This document shows, piece by piece, positions 52,316 to 62,233 of a DNA stretch of 64,000 nt. The stretch is from Rhodosorus marinus CCMP1338 (lineage: Eukaryota; Plantae; Rhodophyta), in NCBI GenBank assembly GCA_029953675.1, contig JAMWBK010000005.1:1612001-1676000 (forward strand), given 5' to 3'. A program made the position numbers and the translations under genes. The notes beneath the pieces were generated by a model. It was not told where the DNA came from. It made no database searches and saw only the letters and a list, made by a program, of their open reading frames with translations. Position 1 is the first letter of the stretch. The number at the start of each line of letters is the position of its first letter.

Positions 52316-52774
52316 ATGAGGATCCTTCGAAAGCTCGCAGAGTTTGTAGAGCGCGACTGTAGACTAGCCTTCGAAGATGGGTACAGGTTTGGGGTACAGG
52401 AAGCTACGAAGATGATCTCCGCTGTTTCAATGGGCAATACCAACCTGCTGGTTCAGCCACGCGTTGTGAAGCGTCAACAAAAAAAACCATCTGGCACGAA
52501 CCAAGATAAGCGTAGCTCGTCAGGCCGAGGATTGGAAGGCGAAGAGAATACGCAAGTATCCGTTGACAAGAAGGTAGTCAGTCTCCACGTGAATTATCCA
52601 AGACCCTCAATACATGATAAAGCCGGTGTATACAAGAGAATTAAATCCGGAGGAGTCGAGTCCGTTCAGCTCCTTGCAGTGAAAGAGACAAAGAAAGAAA
52701 TTAAGAATGTGAATGCACGTCCTAATGAAACCAAGCAGGGACGGGTGTTCGAAGCTCAGGCAGCAAGCGGCTAG
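52316..52774 (+). CDS. hypothetical 152 aa protein with N-terminal AFxxGYRxGVxE module and basic tail
   Basis: Intronless ORF from ATG 52316 (MRILRKLAEFVERDCRLAFEDGYRFGVQEATK); its N-terminus aligns with the convergent neighbour. Confidence 0.6.
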   Translation: MRILRKLAEFVERDCRLAFEDGYRFGVQEATKMISAVSMGNTNLLVQPRVVKRQQKKPSGTNQDKRSSSGRGLEGEENTQVSVDKKVVSLHVNYPRPSIHDKAGVYKRIKSGGVESVQLLAVKETKKEIKNVNARPNETKQGRVFEAQAASG

Positions 52775-52982
52775 GTTTCATTTGAGGCGCTCGACCAAGT
52801 CTCTTGTCCTAATTAAAATTTAGACCCGGGATGTGGTTTTGGGTCTTTAGTCGAAAAGGCGTAGAACGATCTTAAGCCTAGTTCTCGCTCCGTATGCACT
52901 TGACTATTGGGTTTTGACCCTGCTGACTCGATTGAAGCTTGTACTCTTGAGGCCTCGAGGTCTCCATAGCTTGTGTTGAAAT

Positions 52983-53603
52983 CTATCTCGTGGCTGGAAA
53001 CAAGTTCTGGGCTGAACCTGATAAATACTGGTGTACTTGCAAATGGTCCTTTCGTCGCATGGGGACTAAATTGAACCACGAATTTGGCCCACCAAATGCT
53101 AGAGGAATTACGTGATGCCAGTCCGGCGTCGTCATCCGTAGACTAGACGTTGCCGTCATCACCCTCCAGTTTTGAATGAGTTGCGTTCGCTGGTCTTGAA
53201 ACTCCTTGCGTGCAAAAGCCAACCTTGTGTGGTCCAGCTTCCTGAAAGGCATTTCCTCCTTGAAATAAAACTTGAGGAGGTCACGCTGATCCTTCTTCAT
53301 GGGCGACAGTTCACGGAGGAACATCAGGTATACATCGAACGTGCCTCCACGTGCTTTCAATCCATCCATCGAATTCACCTGCGAAACTCGTAGAACTTTT
53401 TCACGCTTTCCGGACTCAGCAATTCTCCGCCCAGAATACTCCCCTACCTTGCCAATATCATACACTCCTCCCAGATTCCGCCTAAACTCCTCCACACCAC
53501 ACCTGTAGCCATTGTTGAACGCTCTAGTAGCGTCCCCATCCGCAACCTCCCCGACGTTCTTCACCAAGGACCGAATCACTGCTGACCCCGTCTTCGCATG
53601 CAT
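52983..53603 (-). CDS. HNH endonuclease-domain protein (206 aa) with N-terminal AFxxGYRxGVxE module
   Basis: Intronless ORF from ATG 53603. The C-terminal DWHHVIPLAFGGPNSWFNLVPMRRKDHLQVH has the HH..P...GG.N...NL......H..H pattern of HNH nucleases. Confidence 0.75.
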   Translation of the reverse strand: MHAKTGSAVIRSLVKNVGEVADGDATRAFNNGYRCGVEEFRRNLGGVYDIGKVGEYSGRRIAESGKREKVLRVSQVNSMDGLKARGGTFDVYLMFLRELSPMKKDQRDLLKFYFKEEMPFRKLDHTRLAFARKEFQDQRTQLIQNWRVMTATSSLRMTTPDWHHVIPLAFGGPNSWFNLVPMRRKDHLQVHQYLSGSAQNLFPATR

Positions 53604-54342
53604 GACGAGAACCGAACACTGCAAAACACGAGCTCTAAGAAGCTTTCAACATAAACAAGTACATTCCTCGTTTAGCAACGCTCTACTCTACTCTATTCAA
53701 GATTCCGCTTATGAAGCTCGTGATAAGACTCCAGTCTCCCTCTTTCCCACTCCCACAGCACATGCCATCCGGCAACCCGGAAGTCTTGACGAGCTGCAGG
53801 GGACGGGCGATTGCTCTGGAAGCTGACGATCGTGGTTTACTTCAGGGGCTAACAGCTTTGAGAAGGCTAACCAGCGATTAGGCGTGTTTCAAAACAAATT
53901 TGCGATGAGGACGGTGGACTAGAAACTCAAGTATCCTCTGCATGAATTGTATTGTAAGATTCGTCAAGTACGACAAATCTGTTCACACGCACGCTTTCCA
54001 CAGGAACCGCTTATTTTGGGCGCTTTTCGATGAGCACTCATCCTAGCCTAGGTCGATCTGATCTGATAAGCCAAGACTGCTTTCTAACTGTTGAGGCTAA
54101 CCCGTTCTATCTAGTCCTTTTCTTGGTACCTTTCGCGAGCACTCCTTCCCGAAGCCATTCCTTCCATTGCTTTGCCAAACCCAATCATGAAACTTAAGCC
54201 GATCAGGATGCCGCAAAGGGGTTTGGGGAGGACGGTGGACAAGATCTGTTTGGCTTCCACATAGACGATTTCGGATGAACTAGAAGCTACTTCTTCTTGT
54301 CTATGTATGGTTTGCTGGAAGGCTTTCTAGGATCCTTGTAAG

Positions 54343-55995
54343 ATGGATCTGTACACGAGCTTTGCGCAACAATGTGCCTACTGCATAAGAACGAGGGACG
54401 GAGTTGGGCTCTCAAACCTTCTGAAGCCTGAGAATGAAACTGCTAAAGAGGCATCTATTCAGTATTTAAGACAGCCCTCTAGTACTCCGTTTACTCAGAG
54501 TCTGTCTCCTGATTATGCTGTAGTCGTGGAGAGGTTGTTGGCTGCTCGAGGTGCAGTCGCGGCGATGGAATGGTATGACGCGTTCTCGCTTCACAACCTG
54601 GCGATGCAGGCTCTTTTTAAGGAGTATGATGATTTGAGCATGGACAATTGGCTCTGCGGGCCGATTGTAAGACTTTGCACTGAACATCGAATCATTGCTC
54701 AGGAGGTAGTTTCGGAGACGCCAAAAAACGCTTTCTAGTTAGATCCGCGTCACAATCGATGCTCTAAGACTTTCCCGACATTTCCCGTTCTACCTCTCTT
54801 TGTCACCTTTGCCTTACCAGGCTTACGAACAGGCTAGGAGAAGAAACCAGAGGCTCGGGACTCTTAGCACGGCTGAAGAAACGATTCGGAAATTTTTCAG
54901 GAAAAGCGTGCAGGACAAGACCAACGAGATGGACAAGACGAAGAAGCACGCTGTTCTCGCCCTTTCAGTTCAGTTATTTAAGATCCATTTCAAGCTGAAT
55001 ACGCTCAACCTCTGTACAGACGTGACTCGACTTATAGACTCAATGATCCTCGGTGAGCTTCCATATGCCTCTACGACGAACGGGTCAAGCTCTGCTGAAA
55101 GAATCCTGACGAGCATTCTGTTTGTTGCGGTATCTGATACAGATGTAATCGATTTCGAGTCATTCGCTATGGCTCATAAAGTTGCCTACTCCTACTTTGT
55201 CGGTCGATTGGCTTTGTACGATGAAAACTACAAGAGCGCGAACAAGAACCTCACCTATGCGTTTGTAAGGTGTCCTCCTTCCGCGAAGAAGAACAAACAT
55301 CAAATAGCGCAGTTCTTGGTATGCGCAAGGTTGAACATCGGCGTTCTGCCCAGGATGAACATGTTGAAGAAGTACAGACTGTCACAGTTTATGGATATCG
55401 TCACTGCGGCGAGATCGGTACGACCTGCCACGAAAGATCAACAACATGCCTGGGAAAAGGCCTTCAGAAGTCAACGCATTTCCAGAACTAGATCTGACCT
55501 TGGCGCCGGGCTCTCTTACACCACCTTCACCGCAGGGGAACATACTTGGCTTCGAGCGATGCCTCGCTGAGCACCAGCGATACTTCATTGTCAAAGGAAT
55601 ATATCTATCTATTGAAAGGCTGCAGAAAATTGTGTATAGGTCTCTTGTGAGAAAGACTTTTCTAATTCTTCAGCCGACGAAAGGCACCCGAATCCCGCTG
55701 AAGGCATTTAATCAGGTTGCTGAAGGAATCGGAGCGGATGTCGGAGAGGACGAAATGGAGTGCATCCTCGCAAACTTAATATTTGAGGGTCTCATGAAGT
55801 ACGTTTGTTGACTGCCAAATTCCTGAGAGTCTGCACTTCTACAAGTTAGTTGATTTCATGGTTTTTTAGCAAGTTCCGCTGTCTTCGTTTGCTTTTCGTA
55901 GAGGCTACATCTCGCACAAACGAAAGATGCTGGTGTTGAGCAATCAGACGGCTTTCCCTAGCATGTCCAGCGTTTTCGGTGCAGGCCCCACGTGA
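54343..55995 (+). CDS. PCID2: PCI-domain protein PCID2/Thp1 (TREX-2), multi-exon
   Basis: KKHAVLALSVQLFKIHFKLN, YSYFVGRLALY, YAFVRC..KNKHQI, KGIYLSIERL..YRSL, ECILANLIFEGLMK-GYISH...VLSNQTAFP. Confidence 0.88.
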
Positions 55996-56169
55996 ATCTA
56001 GATTCTTCAGGAAGCGGAAAACAACAAAACTTGGATCTTTGGAGCCATGTTCTCCATGGAAAGCATAGGGGCTTCGGAGAACGAGAGCGATCTGTGGGAC
56101 TGGGGGGAAAGGGAACTGATCGGGGAAATCTCTGAGTGTGCAATCGAGCACGGGAAATCAGCTTACTAT

Positions 56170-56922
56170 TTACTCTAGATCGACAGTGCCTCCTAGCTCT
56201 TCGAGCTTGGCTTTCAGTTCATGCGCTTCTTCCTTTGGTACTCCTTCCCTTACGACGTTCGGTGCTTCGTCGACAAGGGCCTTAGCTTCCTTCAACCCGA
56301 GCCCAGTAACAGCTCTCACCTCCTTAATGAGCTGTGTACGGAGGGAAACACAAAAAAAAAGTTGATCTCGTTCAGAATCCCTTCAGCCAGAACCGATGAC
56401 TCCCAGTTAGCATCCTTACCGCGATCTTCTTCGCCTGATCAAACGCCGCAAGCTTGACTATGAATACTGACTTCTCTTCCACTTTCGGTTCTTCAGCAGC
56501 AGCTTCTCCATCTGCAGCGGGGGCCGCAGCAGCTGCAGCAGCGGGCTGCGCAGTCATGGGCATTCCCATCGGGATGTCGCCTACTCCAAGCTTATCCTGA
56601 TCCGACGGAATTCCACAAGAAACTTGAATTAAGAACGCAGACCTGCCCTCGTTCCTTGCGTTCGATCGTGATCAATTCATACCTTCAAATGCGTCGTCAA
56701 CTCACGCACTTCCAACATATTCAAGGCCAAAATATCGTCCAGCAGTTTTCCAATCTTTTCAGTTGGTTTCTCCAGACTCTCCTCATCGCTGGCCACCGCC
56801 TCCGAGTTTCTCAAAACCAAACCTGAGTGGAAGCCTCTATATACACCACAACCTGCCAGCCTCAGCTGCTCACCCGCTGCATACCTCCGCAAGGGTCGGC
56901 TAACAACTCTGGCGACCAACAT
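56170..56922 (-). CDS. MRPL12: mitochondrial ribosomal protein L7/L12 (3 exons)
   Basis: Arg-rich presequence; [16 protein letters not shown]; Ala-rich hinge; [34 protein letters not shown]...[14 protein letters not shown]. Confidence 0.93.
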
Positions 56923-58291
56923 CACCCCACCCCCCGCCCGTAGCCCCTCGAAACAAAACAAAAATGTAATGATAATATTCAAACCAAATCCAAAAACAAG
57001 AGAAAGAGAACACCCTCCCTATCCACAGTCCAAAATCACCCGTGCTCCTCCTTCTCTCTTCCCCCCCACCCTATAACATTACACTCACACTCACTCACTC
57101 CCCTTAAACACTTCTTCGCGCCCCCAGAGAAAAACAATCAAAATCAACCCAAAAACAACGAAACCGCAAAACGAACCAAAAAACAAAACGAAACAAAAGA
57201 GAAAAGAACAGGTAAACCTCCCCAACACCATTGACCATCCAGAAATACTTTCGATCCCCGATGATCATCATCTCCTTCCCCCGTCAAAAACAAAACCATT
57301 TCCACGACCATCGCCACGAGAACAAACAAAAAAACAAACAAAAAAAAAAAACTCCTGTGATTTTTGGATCGATAGTGCCAACCGGCAATCCGATCTTAAA
57401 ATGTTAAATAAATATGTAGGACAGACTGTCTTTTTATGTACTGGTTTGGTGACACGTTCTCCGTTGGGGTGGATAGGTGAGGGGGGGGGGGGAGGAGGGT
57501 CTGTTTTCAAGCGACGATTTGGCTGTATTCGCGATCGCGGATGGGACTCGCTCTCGTGTTGTCGGTTAGAATTTTCGCCACAGGGATAAACCCCTGTCTC
57601 AACGCCGCCTTGGTATTTTGGTGGTGTACTGTTTCGGTTTTGGGCTGGCCGTTTCACCGGTGAAAGTTCAATGTCTGTGAAGAAACAACGGTGATCGTTG
57701 GAAGAGATGGATACTGTTTTGATATAATTACTCCAAGCACTACGTTACACCTTCCCTCTGGAGCTTTCTCACCGAGATCGTAGTACCTTTCTCCCTGATT
57801 TTCTCTTACGTAGCTGTATCAGTTGCTACGTAAAGAAAGTCCATTTAAACCGAATACGACTCGAGAATTTCGTGTTCCCCACGAGCTTGAAACAATTCTT
57901 AGTTACCCGGCGTGTTGCAGGCAATAGTTTCAATGTTCTACGCCTGCAACCTCGTCGAGCCCAGTCGGGACTTGCAGGCAGTTCGCACTGTGCCTGAGCT
58001 GGACCCCTAAGGATGAGGAAGCGAGAGACTGTGGGATCCCAGAATATGTTTTACAGTACCTCTGAGGAGTCAGGTGAGTAGGTTTACAAAGTTAGCAATT
58101 TCAAAATACAAGAGTCCGTACGACACGGATAGAATGGCTTCTGGAGTGCGGCAGTTTGTTCTCCCCCGTAGTGCCTTTCCCATTCATTTAGAAGCACCGT
58201 CAATGACGTGCAATCCATCCTTGCTTCCGGTTAAGCGCGGAGTCCTCGGTTTGACGTAGTTTAACACTGGTCACATATTGACGAAAGGTGC

Positions 58292-59036
58292 TCATTTGCT
58301 ATCTTCACTGACAGTACCATTCTGCTCCGACTCATCACTCGCAGGTCCCCCTCCCCCTCCGAAGAGGCTCTGCTTCAACTTTGACATGAACTTCTTCAAG
58401 GGTTTGACGATTACCCTGTCAACTGTGGGAGCAACGAGCGCGGCTCCTGCAATGCGAAAGGGACGAGAGAAATTGTTGATTCCGTACATGATGGCCAGAA
58501 TTGCAGGAAGTGTGTTCCAGCTGAGGGCCTCGCCTGTAGAAGCAGTATAGCCTGAAGAAAACAAGAAAAATGCTCACATCAGAATAGATTCCGGGTACAG
58601 CACGACGCCGGTTGCGTCAGAACCTCTGCTGGCAGTGCATACTTTTCATGGCAATAAGAAACGACAACGAGTAGGAGATAGAATCAAACATTCCGTAGGC
58701 AATCACAGCCGCTATGCCATAAGTCCTCAGCTTATTTATTATCGACTTGTTATCCTCAGTTCCAACAAATCCCATCCATCTTCCCATCTGCAGCAGGGCC
58801 TGTTTCAGTTTCCCAACCAATCCCACAGCCTCTTCAGCTTTGTCGTTACTACCTTCCTCCTTCACCTGCACCACTTCCTCCACAGCCTCCTGACTAGGGC
58901 CATTCGACGAAGAGCTCATCATCCTCACACAATCACGCGATCTCCTCCATACCACCGCTCCACGCCTCCCACAAACAACAACTCCAGCAGCCTTACCAAC
59001 ACCAAACACCCCGCTACTTGCTACAAAACCTTCCAT
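58292..59036 (-). CDS. plastid-targeted FAM210/DUF1279-like membrane protein (2 exons)
   Basis: MEGFV transit peptide; KLRTYGIAAVIAYGMFD..Y; NNFSRPFRIAGAALVAPTVDR resembles the DUF1279 pattern (recalled, not searched). Confidence 0.6.
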
Positions 59037-59309
59037 CTTCAATCCAACTCCGAAATTACCGAAAGTACTTCCCTTCCCACACAAGCTCTCAATCACCGAA
59101 AAACCTAAACCCCTTATCTATCACAACTGTAGCCTTCAACAAGACAGTAAAAGAAAACACGAAACCAAAGGGATTGCTCTATTGCCCTTAACCTTCTCCA
59201 ACCTCGTCGAACCGCTTTTCCCCCAACCACAACTTCTCCCCCAAGGAAGTCGACAATCACCACTTTTTGCAGCGAAACATATCAGCGCGCGGCTGTTTGA
59301 TCTTGATGA

Positions 59310-60330
59310 GCTGCTTTTGCTTCAGTCACTTCTGCTTGGGTGGAGGTGACTGACTGATCCGCTCCGGGCTTCTTTTAACTCGGGATCGCGCGAGTATCTG
59401 GCGGGTAGAGCTTGTATCGATTGTTCGTCGTTTCCGACTTGCCTTAGTGGCTGTGCATCTGAACGTTTTAAACGTTGTTTCTCTCCATCTCTGTGGAGCT
59501 GAGCTGCCTTCATTCACTTGTGCTTAAGTGGAGATGACTGACCTGCCTCCAGCTTCCTTAACTAAAGACCGCGCAAGTATCTGGCGGGTAGAGCTTGTAT
59601 CGCATACGCGTCGTCTCCGACTTTGCCTTAGTGGTTGTGCATCTGAAAATTTCAACGTTGCTTCTTCGTCTCTGTGGAGCTACGCTTCTGCTTGAGTGGA
59701 GGTGACTGACTTGCTCCAGGCTTCCTTAACTCAGGACACCGTGAGCATCTGGCTGGTCGAGCTTGTATCTCACGCGCGCCGTCTCCGACTTGCCTTTGTG
59801 GCTGTGTATCTGAACATTTCAACATTGTTTCTGCATCTCTCTGGAACTGCGCTTGCTTAGAACCCGGTCCGCGGTCAGGTTGCTGGCCCCACAGAGGCTT
59901 TAACACACAGAACTAGCACCGGAGGTGCTTGGTTTTCGTCTCGCCGTAGTTGGCTATGTGGCTAAGTACATCACGCATTTGTTCCTGATCTTAATGAGCT
60001 GCGTTTGCTTCAGTCACTTCTGCATTCACTAGGGTGACTGACCCCAAAACTCTTCCGCGTCCGGAGGAAATCCGGACAAGGAATCATCGCTGGAGCCTGC
60101 ATCTGAGGCGCGTGGTCTCCGACTTGCCTTATTGGTTGCGAATTTGAGCACACCAAATTTGTCCTAGATCTGTTTGAGCTGCTTCTTCACCAGCCACTTC
60201 TGCATTGAGCGAGGTGATCCCAACCCACCCAAGGCTTCTTCTACTCACACGTGAGTAGCTAGCGGAGATATCTACGCTTGGAGCTTGTGTATGGGAGGCG
60301 CATGATCTCCAACTTGCTCAGGGCTACGAA
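59310..60330. repeat. degenerate tandem array of ~170-190 bp units (at least 5), possibly an LRR-like pseudogene
   Basis: Anchor gagcttgtatc at 59408, 59591, 59759, with variants at 60093 and 60281. The blocks cagtcacttctgc, gtgactgac, ccgacttgcc and gcatctgaa recur in register. Confidence 0.75.
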
Positions 60331-62233
60331 GCTATAAGGCCAGAACCGCTCAGAGACTAGGGTCTCGACGAAACTGTAGCCCCAAAGGAAATAAGCCCTT
60401 TTAGGCGCAGAGGAGACACTGCGGAGACCTTAGAGGGGGGCGGAGTGGGGACAGGATGGCCATCAAATTTTGCATGCCCGATGTTTCCAGATTCGCCCCT
60501 CCATCTCGCCATTCCAAGAGCTCGGCGTCGCTTCTGGTCTTGCTCATAATACAATCCCATTACGAAAAACCTACAGAAGGATCTGAGAGTTGATAGAAAG
60601 GAAGAAACAATATTGAGGAGACAAGATCGGCGTCACCTTTATCCGGTTGCGATGGAAAGCTCTCCTCTGGTGCCGTTAGCGGAAGATATTACCAAAAGTT
60701 TTAGAATTACAAAACAAAATCCGATATAGATTGAATCAGTCATTATGAGAACTTTGGTCTGGTAAGGGATGGTAGCTCGAGTACGGGCTGGGTCTGGGCT
60801 GGGTTGGGAGAGATGGACAAGTTGGACAGTACTCCATGTCCAGTTTGGGTGTGCTAGGAGGAAATTACGGATATCGCTGCTGTCTTTTTGTTTAAGAACA
60901 ACTCTTGGTTGAGATTTTTTTGTGGGTTATTTTCTTCAGCCAGGGACTCTTTGCTGAAGGACCTTCCCTCTCCCGACTCTGGAAGTTTTTGCTGCGAGGG
61001 GTACGCCATGGCAACCACGGCATGGACGGAAGCGAAGAGCGAGGATATTCCGTCTGGAGACGTTCAGGTTCCAAGCGGGACATCTGTACTCAGCAGAATT
61101 AGAGAAAACGTGGGTTGTTGAGGTAGAATTGTTTCTTCGAGATCCTGAGCTATTCTCTAACGGTTTTCTTACCGCTCGTGTGCTTTTTGGAAATACTAGA
61201 TTTTGACGGTCTGTTACATAATTGGCGTGTACGCTATAGTATGGTCCGTCCTTAGGCTGGACTACTACAATCTGAATTGGATCGAAATACGACCTTACAC
61301 GTAGACCGTAATGTTGCTGATCGGAAAACCGTTCCTCATTAATATTTTTAAAAGCGCAACCTGACATTCCGAGCTTACCACAACGGAAGTCGCATAGCTG
61401 AACTTAGGTTGCTCGTTTCGAGGCTCCAACATACCTGAAGATTACTAGGGTCACTGACTGCGTGAGCAATATCAAGGCATTCTACTTGTCATCGAACATT
61501 CCCATCAGGATCTGATGGTTAGAATGTCATTAAAGGTAATCTTGGACAAAAACCAAGAGCGCGAACAAGCTTTTGCCTGGTCGGCCGTTTTCTACATCGA
61601 AAACAGAACGCGAAAGCTCAACAGGGCACACCTCGCGAGAACAGGATTCCTCCAAGGAGGAAAAAAACCGCGTGCTTCTTGGATGTTACAGGGACCGCAA
61701 ACGACCACAAAACCGGAGGAGAGCGTTCACCAGGAGACTGGGATACCTTAGGTAACCTCTCCTGCTCGAGCCATGGCAACCTCTCCAACACCGCAATCCA
61801 GAATCCTATTGCCCGGAATTCCACACCAAAATCTAATCCAGTTGTAATCCTCTTCCACAAAATTTCAAAGCAATGTGTCATGAATCAACAATTTTTCGGG
61901 CATATCTCCCAAATTAGGAATAGTTCTCCTTACATAAAAGGTATTCATCCTTTATCTAGACCTGAACGGTTGCAACTTGAATATGCATCTATTTGTTTAT
62001 TAGAAACTTTTCATCTCTTAGCTGTAGGGATACGTTTTTGGGCCCTTTTTTCGAAACCTCATTTTTTTGGTTCGGTTTTTGACGCGAAATTGAGTGGAAA
62101 TCTCGGAAGCGCTATTTTGGGGTGAGCGGGAAGGGGAGGGAGCGAGTTGGGGGAGGCAAGGGAGGGTTGGCTTTTCGGTTGGAGCTTTTGAGGAAGGTTG
62201 GAGTGGTCTTTGAATAGGTAACAGAAGAATAAG

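Noticed and set aside
53907-54240. 13 bp direct repeat gaggacggtggac at 53907 and 54228
   Set aside because: Too short to exceed chance, and no extended similarity.
1-55995. Apparent clustering of DNA repair genes (TFB2, AlkA, DNA-PKcs)
   Set aside because: Spread over tens of kb among unrelated housekeeping genes; no evidence of a functional cluster.
59310-60330. CRISPR array interpretation of the repeats
   Set aside because: Eukaryotic context, units diverge along their whole length, no repeat-spacer structure and no cas genes.
60888-62125. Overlapping short ORFs with some splice-like sites
   Set aside because: Every exon join I tried hit stops; no supported gene model.
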